64,000 bases of DNA from Methanotrichaceae archaeon (GCA_963813075.1 CAWEXU010000004.1:256001-320000), one strand, 5' to 3'. Counted from the first letter of the stretch, positions 9,591-20,356 are shown. Notes: generated by a model from the sequence alone, not told the origin. Made by a program: numbers and translations.

Positions 9591-10439
9591 ATGGTTGTTA
9601 TGATCGACCCGCAAAGAGACATCGACTGGAATGAGGTCTGGATGAGCCAGATGAAGCAGAGCCGGGAATCCAGCCCGGGCAGGGATTGCGCCTGTATCTG
9701 GAGCAGTCGGGAGAGCGCCCTTCGGTTCTGGATTATGTGCCAGAAGGAGCAGAGCAGGATCCAGAGAACCATTTGGGAGACGGATATCACTGAAAAGTCA
9801 CGGGTGCTGGATATCGGCGCCGGCCCCGGCACCCTGGCCATACCATTTGCCAAAAAGGCGGCACATGTCACAGCAGTGGAGCCTGCGGATGGGATGTGCA
9901 CCGTCATGAGAGAGAAGATGGCCGAGTTTGGCCTGGACAATATCAACATCGTCCAGAAGCGCTGGGAGGAGGTGGAGGTCTCCTGTGATCTTGAGCCCCC
10001 CTATGATGTGGTGGTAGCCTCCTTCTCCCTGGGTATGCCGGACATCCGGGATGCTATCGAGAAGATGATCCAGGCCTCATCCAGATATGTCTACCTCTAC
10101 CATTTCGCTGGAATGAGCACCTGGGGCAATATGTGGAAGGAGCTCTGGCCCAGGCTGCATGGGCGGGATTATATCTCAGGTCCCATGAGCGATGTGCTCT
10201 ACAATGTCCTCTACCAGATGGGCATCTATCCAAATATCACCACCTTCAGAATGAAGCATGATCAACGCTACGCTACCCTGGACGAGGCCGTGGCGGAGCT
10301 GGCCCCCCAGGCCCAGGCAAAGACAGAAGAGCAGAAGGCTGTGCTGCGAGAGTATCTGGAGAAGGCGATGAAATGGGAGGATGGAGCATTTGTGCTCTCT
10401 GGCTCTTCGATCCGGGTGAAGATGTGGTGGGAGAAGTAG
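9591..10439 (+). CDS. Class I SAM-dependent methyltransferase
   Basis: VLDIGAGPGTLA, VTAVEP, YDVVVASFS; AGGAG before ATG 9591. Confidence 0.88.
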   Translation: MVVMIDPQRDIDWNEVWMSQMKQSRESSPGRDCACIWSSRESALRFWIMCQKEQSRIQRTIWETDITEKSRVLDIGAGPGTLAIPFAKKAAHVTAVEPADGMCTVMREKMAEFGLDNINIVQKRWEEVEVSCDLEPPYDVVVASFSLGMPDIRDAIEKMIQASSRYVYLYHFAGMSTWGNMWKELWPRLHGRDYISGPMSDVLYNVLYQMGIYPNITTFRMKHDQRYATLDEAVAELAPQAQAKTEEQKAVLREYLEKAMKWEDGAFVLSGSSIRVKMWWEK

Positions 10440-10631
10440 CCAGGTGACGGAAAAAAAGAAAATAAAAATGAAAAGGGACAGGAATAAAGAAAAGGAAAAC
10501 GGGCCCGGAAAGGTCGCAGCGGAAGCTTGAAAAGCCAATCCCGTCCAGAGTGGCTATGTCTTATTAGTGGCTATGTCTTATATATCTCTGCATCGAATGG
10601 GATATGAATAAATCCAATAAACACTTGGGGG

Positions 10632-11982
10632 ATGCCTATTAAAGCCGGTCTTGTCTTACTCATATTGATCGCTTTAGCGATCTCGGTTCCGATTCTCGGA
10701 TGTGCCAGCAGAAGAATACTCAGCTGATTATTGGAGCCAAAAGGGAATGGAATCCCTGAATAATGGCTCATATTCAGCGGCGGCAGAGTCTTTCAATAAA
10801 TCGATCCAGCTTGATGGATCAAATGCCACTGCCTGGATGAATTTGGGCCTGGCATTGACCAGCCAGGGCCTGCATGACGAGGGGCTCAACGCTTATAATC
10901 GGTCCATAGAGATGGATCCCGCTCTGGCTGAGGCCTGGCATCGCAAGGGGATTCTCCTTGCCCGTATGATGAGGTTTGATGAGGCCATTGAGGCTTTCTC
11001 AAAAGCCGCAGATCTGGAGCCTCGGGCTGCTTTGCCCTGGTATAACAAGGGGCTTGCCCTGGCCAACCTCGGCCGGTACAATGAGTCCCTTCTCGCTCTG
11101 GATAATGCCACTGATCTTGATCAGGATCTCCCCGGAGCATGGTATGCTAAGGCCCTGATACTTACCGAACTGGGAAGAAATAACGAATCTATAGAGGCAT
11201 TGAAAAGAACAGTCGAGCTTGAACCGGAGTATGTTGACGCATGGTACAATATGGGCCTGGTGCTCACCAATTCCGGAAGATATGACGAGGCTCTGGATGC
11301 TTTTGGCCGGGCAATCGAGCTGAATCCTGCCGATGTCCGGGCCTGGATGGGCAAGGGAGATGTACTCATGGCCAGGGGAAGATTCAACGAATCGATATCT
11401 GCATATGATGGCGCCATTTTGGCGGCATCAAACCAATCCGCTCCCTGGGGAGGGAAAGCTCTGGCATACCTGGGCCTGAACAACTCCAGCGCATCCCTTG
11501 CCATGATCGATAAGGCCATTGAAATCGACCCCGAAAATGCCAGGTACTGGATCAGCAAAGGCTCGATTTACAGGGGGATGGGCAATTATAATGAGTCCGT
11601 GGCAGCTTTCCAGAAAGCAGTCCAGATAGATCCAGGCTGTGCACCATGCTGGAATGTTCTGGGACTGGCTTTAGCCAGGCAGGAGAATCATACCGGAGCC
11701 TTGGCTGCTTATGACAGAGCGATAGAGATTGATCCCGGCTACCTCGACCCCTGGAATAACAAGGGGATCTCCCTGGTGAAGGGATTTGCCGATCTGGAAG
11801 AGGCGATCGAATGCTTCGAGAGAGCGATAGAGATCAATCCGGACCGGATGCAGTCTTATGTCAATTTGGCCAATGTCCTCAATCTGACCAATCGAACTGA
11901 GGAAGCGGATATGGCCATGCAGAAGGCCACCATCCTGGGATACCGGGCGGATCCCGCCCCAATCCCTTCTCAGGCAACCTGA
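10632..11982 (+). CDS. Exported TPR-repeat protein (1-nt frameshift near 10700)
   Basis: About 11 34-aa TPRs; signal peptide MPIKAGLVLLILIALAISVPILGCA starts at 10632, one base out of frame. Confidence 0.85.
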
Positions 11983-12037
11983 GTTGAAGCCCGAAAATAG
12001 CCCCGAAGAATGCTTGTATCAGTTATGAGGAGCTGAA

Positions 12038-12976
12038 TTGATCGACCTATTCTGGCAGACTCTGGATGGGACTGTCTATACCATGAGCACCGTATTTCTG
12101 ATGCTCTTTCTCACCGGTATCATGAATGAGATGGGGCTCTTTCAGAGGTTCTCATATCTGGCCAAACCCCTGGTCTCAGTGTCCCGTCTGCCTGCCGCTT
12201 CAGCCTCCACCTTTGTGGTGGGCCTGGGATCGGCACTGGCAGCAAATGCCATGACGGCAAGGCTACGGCATGAGGGGCAATTGAGCGATCGGCAGGCCTT
12301 CCTCTCCGCCCTGATGAACACCGTCCCGGTCTATTTCAGAGAGCTTTTCACCTATCAACTGGCATTTGTAGTTCCGGTGCTGGGCCTTTATGTGGGTGGA
12401 GCCTATGCTATTGTCTCTGTGGCTACAGGATTGATCAAGCTCTTGATCGTCATAATCCTGGGCAGAGCCTATCTGGCAGGTGAGGCAATCTCCTCAATAA
12501 ATCCTCCTCTAGCCAAAAAGGAGAAGAGCATAATAGATGCGGCAAGGAAATCTCTGAATGGACAGAAAAAGCTGTTTATTCGGATCGGATCGCTTTACTT
12601 TGTCATGACATTTATCGTTCTATATTTGAACGCGGAGGGAATACTGCAATCGCTGAACGTGACGCCTCTTGCCAGCATCTTCAGGATCCCGGCAGAGACC
12701 GTAATCCCTCTGACCATTTATGTGGCCAACCCCAAAGCGGGAATTGTCCTTCTTGGCCCATTGATTCAGAATGGCGGAATATCGGAGCTGAAAGCCCTGA
12801 TGGTCCTGATGCTGGGAAGCATATTCATGCTGCCCGTCTTCTCCATAAGATCGACATTGCCCAACTATACAGCGATTTTCGGCATGAGGCTGGGCCTATC
12901 CCTGACCGCGGCATCAGCGGGCATCAGCGTACTGGTCCGGCTGCTTGTATTGGTGCTGCTGCTCCTTGCCTCTTGA
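12038..12976 (+). CDS. Nucleoside-recognition (Gate) domain membrane protein
   Basis: Multi-TM with an internal two-fold repeat (LAKPLVSVSRLP / PLASIFRIP). Confidence 0.65.
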   Translation: MIDLFWQTLDGTVYTMSTVFLMLFLTGIMNEMGLFQRFSYLAKPLVSVSRLPAASASTFVVGLGSALAANAMTARLRHEGQLSDRQAFLSALMNTVPVYFRELFTYQLAFVVPVLGLYVGGAYAIVSVATGLIKLLIVIILGRAYLAGEAISSINPPLAKKEKSIIDAARKSLNGQKKLFIRIGSLYFVMTFIVLYLNAEGILQSLNVTPLASIFRIPAETVIPLTIYVANPKAGIVLLGPLIQNGGISELKALMVLMLGSIFMLPVFSIRSTLPNYTAIFGMRLGLSLTAASAGISVLVRLLVLVLLLLAS

Positions 12977-13108
12977 ATTGGATTTTCCTTCACTGGTAAT
13001 CGCTCCGCCAGTTTATCATGATAAAAAAGATCAAAAAGATCTTGCTATCTTCCTCCACCATCTTTGCTTCCCGAAACATCTTTATAATCACCTGGACAAT
13101 TAAAACCT

Positions 13109-13693
13109 ATGAGAGCTCACATTTTCCTTCTTCTGCTGGCCTTCCTTCTACTCCTGCCAGGCCAGGCAAATGCATCGTACTGGTTTCAGGTGATCGATAT
13201 CACACCGGTTGAAATGCTGCCAAATAGCGAGGCCAACTTCACAGTCTCGGTCAAGGGATTGGGCAGCGACAGGGCCTATGTGGAACTGGTCTTCAGGAAT
13301 GTATCTGAAGGGCTGACAATCACCTGCCCCAGGAAGATCCAGAACGTCTTCCCCCAGGGAGTGACCGATTATGATTGTATTGTAGCAGCGGGAGATCTTG
13401 TCCCCGGCAATTATTCCTTCGTGGCGGATGTGGTTGTTGCTGGTGCTCCTTCCGGAAAGATGACCGGCTATGTCAATATCATTGGAGGCAATGGCAATCA
13501 TGCCGCGGTGCCGGTGAGAGTTGATCAGGCAGCCCTGGAGGAGGCAGAAGACCTAGAAGAATCCGAAGAGCCTGGGACGGAACCTCTTGCCCAGCCCGAT
13601 CAGCCCGATGAGAGCGAGAAAAAGAGCCCCGCCCCTGGAGCTGTGGCCGCAAGCCTTGTCCTGATACTGGCCCTCTGGAGGATGAAGAGATAG
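13109..13693 (+). CDS. Cell-surface protein with a PGF-CTERM-like sorting tail
   Basis: Signal peptide, Ig-like domain, acidic linker, KKSPAPG + TM + RMKR. Confidence 0.7.
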   Translation: MRAHIFLLLLAFLLLLPGQANASYWFQVIDITPVEMLPNSEANFTVSVKGLGSDRAYVELVFRNVSEGLTITCPRKIQNVFPQGVTDYDCIVAAGDLVPGNYSFVADVVVAGAPSGKMTGYVNIIGGNGNHAAVPVRVDQAALEEAEDLEESEEPGTEPLAQPDQPDESEKKSPAPGAVAASLVLILALWRMKR

Positions 13694-13723
13694 GATATAA
13701 AGGCGCAAAGTAGGGGAAAGGCG

Positions 13724-13750
13724 AGCAGAGGAGTGCTAAAGCCCTCTGCT
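13724..13750. terminator. Hairpin between convergent genes
   Basis: AGCAGAGG...CCTCTGCT followed by a T-rich tract. Confidence 0.45.
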
Positions 13751-13751
13751 T

Positions 13752-15014
13752 TTATTTGCCATATAGTTCTGCACTCTTTTTGGTCTGAGCATATACCTCG
13801 GCCGTCTGCCTGGCGATCCGGTCCCAGGTGAAATGCTCTAAAACCCTCTCTCTTCCCCTTCTTCCCATCTCCTTCAGCTCCTGGGGGGACATGGAAAGCA
13901 GTGGCTCAAGACCCCAGGCGAAAATGTCGGCCGCATCCTGGCCGTTCACATGGCAGCCGTTTGGATTCTCCCCGGATGATATGACGATCTCTCGCAGGCC
14001 GCTGACCCCACCAGCACCCACTACAACCGGCTTTTCCATGGCCATTGCCTCCAGAGCCACGATCCCGAAGGGCTCGTACTTGGAGGGGAATACCGCTATA
14101 TCGCAGGCGGCAAGATGGCAGATTCTCTCCTCCTCGGAGACGAACTGATAGCAGGTCTTCACTCGATCCTCCAGGCCCTTCCGAGAGATCATCTCATTCA
14201 CCTCCTCTTCCAGGTCTCCCTGGCCCAGGATCACCAGCTTAACCTTTGGATCCTCGATCAGTGCCATGGCCTCGACCAGTTCTACTGCACCCTTTACCGC
14301 AGTAAGCCGGCCAATAAAAAGGAGCATCCTTTCGTCATCAGCAATTCCATATCTTCTTCTTAAGGCCAGTCTTTCCTCGGGGCTGACCCGGTTGGGGTGG
14401 TACTTTTGAACATCGACACCGTTCCAGCAAACTCGGATCTTGTCGCTATCGAATCCCTGATCAACAAGATCCTCCTGCATAGCATAGCTCACAGTGATGA
14501 TCCTCTGAGCGGACTGTCCCGTCCGATGCTCAATGGTGGCTATGGTCCGGGACCCATTTCCCATTCCCCGGCCCCTTTCCGAGGAATGGATATGGAATAC
14601 GAGCGGCCGCTCTGTATTGCTGGCGGCAATCAGTCCGGCAATCCCGCTCAGCCAATCGTGGACCGCGATTATATCGAATTGTCTTCCGTTCTTTTTAATT
14701 AAATCTATAAGCTGGGAGGCAGCGATAATATTGTGGAGCAGGATCTCCGGTATTCCCCAGAGACGGAAGTTGCCAGGCAGCAATTCCAGCACTTCTGCCG
14801 GTATGTCTATTGCATTCGGTCTGAAAACCTCCACTCCATCTATATTCTCTTGGTTCTTTAGGGTTCCATCATTCAGGGTGAATACCGTAATCTCATGGCC
14901 CAGATCGGCCAGGGCAGGGCACATGTATTGAGCATATGTGCCCAATCCCCCTACTATTCTTGGAACATATTCCGGAACGATGTATGCAATCCTCAATCTC
15001 TTCACCTGTAGCAA
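13752..15014 (-). CDS. GT4 glycosyltransferase (glycogen synthase-like)
   Basis: GGLG, HDWL, FIGRL..VKG, EPFGIVALEAMA. Confidence 0.88.
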   Translation of the reverse strand: MLQVKRLRIAYIVPEYVPRIVGGLGTYAQYMCPALADLGHEITVFTLNDGTLKNQENIDGVEVFRPNAIDIPAEVLELLPGNFRLWGIPEILLHNIIAASQLIDLIKKNGRQFDIIAVHDWLSGIAGLIAASNTERPLVFHIHSSERGRGMGNGSRTIATIEHRTGQSAQRIITVSYAMQEDLVDQGFDSDKIRVCWNGVDVQKYHPNRVSPEERLALRRRYGIADDERMLLFIGRLTAVKGAVELVEAMALIEDPKVKLVILGQGDLEEEVNEMISRKGLEDRVKTCYQFVSEEERICHLAACDIAVFPSKYEPFGIVALEAMAMEKPVVVGAGGVSGLREIVISSGENPNGCHVNGQDAADIFAWGLEPLLSMSPQELKEMGRRGRERVLEHFTWDRIARQTAEVYAQTKKSAELYGK

Positions 15015-15151
15015 CTGGCCTTCAAGTAGCCTGGCTCCATTGGCCGATCGAGGCTACCGATGGCTTAGCCTGGGCTTTCTTCGAGGTAAATATTCCTGTC
15101 GTCCCTCTCAGACCAAAAGCTCCATCAATCCCCTCTGCCATCCATTCTGCC

Positions 15152-16495
15152 ATGTCTATTCACCCCATGGAATTCAGATATGGCACAAAAGAGATGAAGG
15201 CCATCTGGGAAGAGGATTTCAGATTGCGCTGTCTCTTCCGGGTGGAGGCGGCCCTGGCTCAAGCAGAAGAGGAGCTGGGAATGATTCCCCAGGGAGCGGC
15301 AGAGGAGATCGCCCGGGCAGCAGAGGTCACCCTGCCCCAGAGGGCCAAGGAGATCGAGGATGAGATCGGCCATGACATGATGGCCACGGTGCTCGCCCTG
15401 GCCGAACAGAGCCCTAAATTCGGGGAATGGATCCACCTGGGGGCGACCTCCAATGATATCCTGGATACCGCCACCGGCCTGCAGATCAAGGCCTCCCTGG
15501 ATATCATGGAAGAGAAGCTGAAAAAGCTGCTCGCCCTTCTCCTGGATCTGGCCATGAAGAACAGGAATCTGGTCTGCGCCGGCCGGACGCACGGCCAGAT
15601 AGCGGTGCCCACCACCTACGGATTGAGGTTCGCCATCTGGGCCTCAGAGATAGGCCGCCATATCCAGAGGCTCCAGGAGCTGCGCCCCCGGGCGGCTGTG
15701 GGCAAGATGTCTGGTGCCGTGGGGACCCAGGCCGCCTACGGCCGGTTCGGCATGGAGATTCAGGAGAGAGTTATGCATCACCTGGAGCTGTTCGAGGTGG
15801 ATGTCTCCAACCAGGTGGTGCAGAGGGACCGGCATGCTGAGATGGTATGCTGGATGGCGCTCGTCGCCTCCACCCTGGACAAGATCTTCATCGAGATGAG
15901 AACTCTGCAGAGGACGGAGATCGCCGAGGTGGAGGAGGGCTTTGGCAAAAAGCAGGTGGGCTCGTCCACCATGCCCCACAAAAGAAATCCGATCAAGTCC
16001 GAGCAGATCTGCGGCCTGGCAAGAGTGGTGCGCGCGCAGCTCATTCCCGCCTTCGAGAACATTCCCCTGTGGGACGAACGCGACCTGACCAACAGCAGCT
16101 GCGAGCGGGTTGTCTTTCCGGAGGCCTTCATATTCACCGACCACATCCTCGCCCTGGCCATTCGCACTCTGACCAACATGCGCCTCCGGCCGGATAACAT
16201 CGAGCGGAACCTCATGCTCCTGCGCGGCCTGAACATGGCAGAGAACGTGATGGTGGAGCTGGCCAAAAAGGGGGTGGGCCGGCAGCAGGCCCATGAGATC
16301 ATGCGCCAGAGCAGCATGACCGCCTTCGAGGAGAAAAGAGAATTGAAGGATGTTCTCCTGGGGAACGAGACGGTTACAGGATGCCTGAAGCCCGAGGAGA
16401 TCAGCGCCCTGCTCGATCCCCATCAGTACATAGGCACGGCAATCCAGCAGGTGGAAAGGCTGAACGAGAAGCTGCAAAAGCTCTACCTGGATTGA
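15152..16495 (+). CDS. purB: Adenylosuccinate lyase
   Basis: HLGATSNDI, GRTHGQ, GSSTMPHKRNP signature; start taken at MSIHP. Confidence 0.95.
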   Translation: MSIHPMEFRYGTKEMKAIWEEDFRLRCLFRVEAALAQAEEELGMIPQGAAEEIARAAEVTLPQRAKEIEDEIGHDMMATVLALAEQSPKFGEWIHLGATSNDILDTATGLQIKASLDIMEEKLKKLLALLLDLAMKNRNLVCAGRTHGQIAVPTTYGLRFAIWASEIGRHIQRLQELRPRAAVGKMSGAVGTQAAYGRFGMEIQERVMHHLELFEVDVSNQVVQRDRHAEMVCWMALVASTLDKIFIEMRTLQRTEIAEVEEGFGKKQVGSSTMPHKRNPIKSEQICGLARVVRAQLIPAFENIPLWDERDLTNSSCERVVFPEAFIFTDHILALAIRTLTNMRLRPDNIERNLMLLRGLNMAENVMVELAKKGVGRQQAHEIMRQSSMTAFEEKRELKDVLLGNETVTGCLKPEEISALLDPHQYIGTAIQQVERLNEKLQKLYLD

Positions 16496-16546
16496 TCGAG
16501 TGCGAGCAAGGCAGACCTGGGCCGGGAAGATTTGGGCGCAGATGCT

Positions 16547-17158
16547 ATGAGATCCGATAAGATGCTACCCAGGATCTTTCTCCTCAAGCCGGGATCGATC
16601 CTGCGGGACCAGGGGGGCAATATCCTGGACGCCCGCTCCTCAGTGACGCTGATTGAGAGCGAGAGGGGAAGGATCATAGTGGACAGCGGCCAGGCGGGGG
16701 ATGAGGAAGAGATACTGTTGGCTCTGGCCGATCTGGGGCTGGAGGGGTCGGATATCGACATAATTGTAAACACCCATTCCCATCCCGACCACTGTGCTAA
16801 CAACCGACTGTTTTCTCGGGCTACTAAGATATCTCCCAAGGATGGGGAAGAGCTCGCCCCCGGCGTTCGGGCCCTGGCCACCCCCGGCCACAGCCCGGAC
16901 AGCATCTCCCTGGTGGTCGATGCCGCCCCTCATCATATCGAGGACGGAATGGCAACGGCCTCTGGAATAGTGGTTATAGCGGGGGATGCCCTGCCCACTT
17001 TAGGCAACTTCCAAAAGAGGGTTCCTCCGGCACTGCACTACGATCGCGCCCTGGCGGTGACCAGCATGGATAGGATTATCGAGATTGCGGATATGGTCAT
17101 ACCCGGGCATGACCGGCCGTTTTCCGTTCGGGAGGAGATGCAAACACGGGTTCAATGA
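16547..17158 (+). CDS. MBL-fold metallo-hydrolase
   Basis: THSHPDH, TPGHS, AGDA, IPGHD. Confidence 0.9.
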   Translation: MRSDKMLPRIFLLKPGSILRDQGGNILDARSSVTLIESERGRIIVDSGQAGDEEEILLALADLGLEGSDIDIIVNTHSHPDHCANNRLFSRATKISPKDGEELAPGVRALATPGHSPDSISLVVDAAPHHIEDGMATASGIVVIAGDALPTLGNFQKRVPPALHYDRALAVTSMDRIIEIADMVIPGHDRPFSVREEMQTRVQ

Positions 17159-17448
17159 GATCCTCCAGAGTGGCTCCAGGGATGGCCTCGGCATCGAACT
17201 TGGGCTGGGCTGGGCGCGGGAACTGGTGAAACTGTAGATCTCGCAGTCGCTCATCCTGTGCGCCGAGTTTCCCAGCTAAATAAAGTATCCTGCCGTCTGC
17301 TGGGTATCGGTGTGGGCGGCCTTGGCCCCCCGGAGTGAGCGGCGCAGGTCAGCGATGTGGTGGAGGATTGCGGGGTGTCCATCTGGGCAAAATCAATCAA
17401 ATAATCCGATCCCCACTGTCCAGAGTGTTTTCTTGAATCAGAGTCACA

Positions 17449-17456
17449 TTTATATA
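17449..17456 (+). promoter_or_regulatory. TATA box for the wHTH-NTase operon
   Basis: TTTATATA about 25 nt before ATG 17481 (leaderless spacing). Confidence 0.55.
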
Positions 17457-17480
17457 AGTATTTGATCCTATTAAAAGAGA

Positions 17481-18360
17481 ATGTCTATCAGCCAGAGCGA
17501 CATCCGAGCACTTGTCCTCATTGCCGGATCCGAAGAGCCGGCAACTCCTCGCACCCTCCGAGATGGGCTGGACCTCCAGAGAGAGACAGTCTCCAGGCTC
17601 ATAACTCACCTTGTGCAGATGGGGCTGGTGGAGCGGCGCGGCCATGAAGTCATCCTGGCCAGCACTTCTCCGGCAGAGGCCTTTAAGCGGCTCTACTTCT
17701 CTCATCGGGCCTCTCCTCTGCCTAAGATTCTCTCCCTGCGCAGAGTAGAGCTGCTCGCCAGTCTGGACCGGACCCCCAGGAGCTTGGAGGTTCTGGCTGC
17801 AGGGACGGGCATATCCCAGCGATACCCTGTACAGCTATCTGAAAGGTTTCACCGGGGTAGGAGTTGTCAGCCGCACGAAGCGGGGCAAAGCCTACCTTTA
17901 CTCCTTCAACTTCAAACTCTGGACGGAACTCAAGGATTTCGTGACCGTGCTCCTGGAATACCATGTGCAGCGCCTCGTGCCCCGCGAGGCCCTGCTCATC
18001 AAGAGCTACGGGGACAGCGTGCTATTCAAGAGCATCCGCCCGCAGGACGCCACATTCACCTCATTTTCTGCCTACGAGGATTACGGGATAGAGCTTCTCC
18101 TGCGGGACAATTACTACACCCTGCCCAGGAGGGAGCTTTCCATACAGGAGGTCTTCATCCACTCCCTGGACTCAGCATGGGACTACTCCCAGAAGCTTTT
18201 TTGCGTGCTATTCTATCTAAAGAACAGGGATAAATTGGAAGCTATCGATCATCCCATGATGAAGGATCTGAAAGCAGTGTTGCAGGGAATGAATATTATC
18301 GGCTATCCAACCCTGGAAGACATCGAGGACAGGACGGATCTCTATGATATCAAGCTCTAA
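17481..18360 (+). CDS. Tandem winged-HTH regulator/antitoxin-like protein (1-nt frameshift near 17815)
   Basis: ETVSRLITHLVQMGLVER; the shifted frame DTLYSYLKGF...GVV continues into the 17941 ORF. Confidence 0.75.
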
Positions 18361-19042
18361 CAAGATCGCAAGGCGAGAGGAGATAAACGAGCTATTCGAG
18401 CAGCTAGGCGAGATTCTGGAAAAGAGGGTCGAAGCCCTGCTGATAGGCGGAGCGGTGATGCTGGAGCTGGGACTCAAAGACGCCACCAAGGATATCGATG
18501 TCGTCTGCAGGAGCGAGGAGGACAAGGAGAGGCTGCTTGCTGCGGCCAGAGTCCTGGGCTTTCAGATTGTCGGCCCGGAGAAGAGGCATGAGCGGCTGGG
18601 CGTAAACCGGTTGGCCGTGAAGGGCGGGCGTAATTTGGACATCTTCGCCGAGAGGATCTCATACAACTTTAATCTGTCCGAGGCCATGTGGCAGAGAGCT
18701 ACAAAGATCAGGTTCTTCGGCCATCTGGTGATTAGAAATGCATCCCTCGAGGACATCTTCATCATGAAGCTGATCGCCAACAGGCCGGGAGACGCCTCTG
18801 ACTGCTCCAAGCTTGTCCTTGCAGAACTGGACTTCGATGCGGTCTACCAGGAGATAGAGGCGCAGTACCGGAAGGAAGGTGAGTATGAACAGAATATCTG
18901 GGTTACCTATATCGAAGAGGGCATAGCCCGCCTGGAGGATAACGACCTGATCATTCCCATAGGCGACAAAATATCCCTGCTGGCCCACGAATATCACGAA
19001 AAATCTTCTCATAATTTAAATCTAATAAAGCGCCGAGGGTGA
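18344..19042 (+). CDS. Nucleotidyltransferase, DUF6036/AbiEii-like
   Basis: LLIGGAVM...ATKDIDVV, LDIF, IMKLIANR..D. Confidence 0.8.
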   Translation: MISSSNKIARREEINELFEQLGEILEKRVEALLIGGAVMLELGLKDATKDIDVVCRSEEDKERLLAAARVLGFQIVGPEKRHERLGVNRLAVKGGRNLDIFAERISYNFNLSEAMWQRATKIRFFGHLVIRNASLEDIFIMKLIANRPGDASDCSKLVLAELDFDAVYQEIEAQYRKEGEYEQNIWVTYIEEGIARLEDNDLIIPIGDKISLLAHEYHEKSSHNLNLIKRRG

Positions 19043-19130
19043 GATTCGAACTCACGAGACCCTTGCGAGTCACCAGCTATCCAGGAGAAACTCACTCCAG
19101 GCTGGCGCCCTACCGCTAGACGACCTCGGC
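19031..19130 (-). tRNA. tRNA-Ser(GGA) with a 16-nt intron at 37/38 (19079-19094)
   Basis: GCCGAGG/CCTCGGC acceptor stem, CCAGC/GCTGG anticodon stem, long variable arm, TTCGAAT T-loop, G73, bulge-helix-bulge junctions. Confidence 0.95.
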
Positions 19131-19174
19131 ACAGTTTTGGATTTTGGGTTTTATCGCTTCGCTTTTGGTTTTGT

Positions 19175-20356
19175 CTAAGTGGAGCCGTCCCTTTCGGCCA
19201 GCTTCCACGCCTTCGGATAGGTGCCCGGCTCCATTATTACCCTTTCGGTCGCAGCCACAATTCCCGACTTTGAGGCCAGCATCTCCTCACTGGTCATATC
19301 CGCCTGGGCAATGGCCACTGCTTCTCCTTTTAGTGTAAACAGCGCCACGCCGTCGCCCCTATTGATATCCGTCTGCAGGCTTATCAGGCCCGGTGCGGCC
19401 AGGGGCGCGCCATGACATATGGCATCGACCGCATTGTCTGCTATCACCAGCCGGGGCAGATGGACCAGAGCCGCCTCCACTGGCAGAATCAACCGGCGAA
19501 GCAGGCTCTCATCCCCGCTCTCCAGATACCTTACATGGGCATCCATCAGCTGGTGCAGGGTGACCAGGGTTTCATCCTCGCGAAAAGGACCGGCCCTTGT
19601 CCGGCGCAGCTCTTCCATGTTCGCTCCCGTGCCCAGGGCCAGGCCGATATCAAAGCAGAGCTTTCTAATGTAGGTTCCAGCTTCGCAGCCCACCCTCATC
19701 AGCACATGCTGCTCTTCGATCTCCAGGATATCCAGATAGTATACGGTCCTGGTGCGCAGCTGCTTGACCACGGAGGACTTCAGGGGAGGCTTTTGCAGTA
19801 TGGGGCCGACAAACTGCCCGCAGACCTCGATGATCTGCTTTTTGGGCAGGGGCTTATGAACATGCATCAGACAGATGTACTCCTTTCCCGCCAGGAGAAG
19901 GGTATCCATAACTCTTGTTGCATCTCCCAGGAGAACAGGCAGGATGCCGGTCACCTTGGGATCGAGGGTGCCGCTATGCCCCGCCTTCTCGATCTCCAGA
20001 ATCCTCTTCACCCAGGCCACTATCTCGTGGCTGGTGGGCCCGGAGGTCTTGTCCAGATTGATCGCCCCTAAACGAAGGTGCATCTCCAGGCTTCTTTCGA
20101 GAGGCGGAGTGCCGTAAGCGGGATCGGTCTTGCCCTTCCTTTTCACCAGGATGGACCTTACCCTGTCCGATGGAAGAGCGCCCAGGCTGATAGCATCCTT
20201 GCCTTTTCCATTGAAAGATGATGAAGGCGATGAGGGCGATGAGCGGGATGGAGCAGAGGACGAATATCTCCGAGGCCCTTTTGAGGATTTATAGGGCGGC
20301 CTGGAGCTTCGATCTTCAGGCGGCGACGAACCCTCCTTTTTCGGCCTGTGGATCAC
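19175..20356 (-). CDS. cbf5: H/ACA RNA-guided pseudouridine synthase Cbf5
   Basis: GPTSHE, GHSGTLDPKVTG, CEAGTYIR, PUA domain; Ser/Pro-rich N-terminal extension. Confidence 0.95.
   Translation of the reverse strand: MIHRPKKEGSSPPEDRSSRPPYKSSKGPRRYSSSAPSRSSPSSPSSSFNGKGKDAISLGALPSDRVRSILVKRKGKTDPAYGTPPLERSLEMHLRLGAINLDKTSGPTSHEIVAWVKRILEIEKAGHSGTLDPKVTGILPVLLGDATRVMDTLLLAGKEYICLMHVHKPLPKKQIIEVCGQFVGPILQKPPLKSSVVKQLRTRTVYYLDILEIEEQHVLMRVGCEAGTYIRKLCFDIGLALGTGANMEELRRTRAGPFREDETLVTLHQLMDAHVRYLESGDESLLRRLILPVEAALVHLPRLVIADNAVDAICHGAPLAAPGLISLQTDINRGDGVALFTLKGEAVAIAQADMTSEEMLASKSGIVAATERVIMEPGTYPKAWKLAERDGST

Noticed and set aside
14936..15151. N-terminal extension of PurB in the ORF track
   Set aside because: It overlaps the divergent GT4 start and promoter region; the conserved sequence starts at MSIHP (15152)
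17155..17260. Minus-strand fragment resembling an AlbA/RecG-C regulator (..QPKFDAEAIPGATLEDL)
   Set aside because: Too short and broken to call without a search
17259..17268. att-site duplicate of the tRNA-Ser 3' end (GCGCCGAG)
   Set aside because: Only about 8 bp match and no integrase nearby
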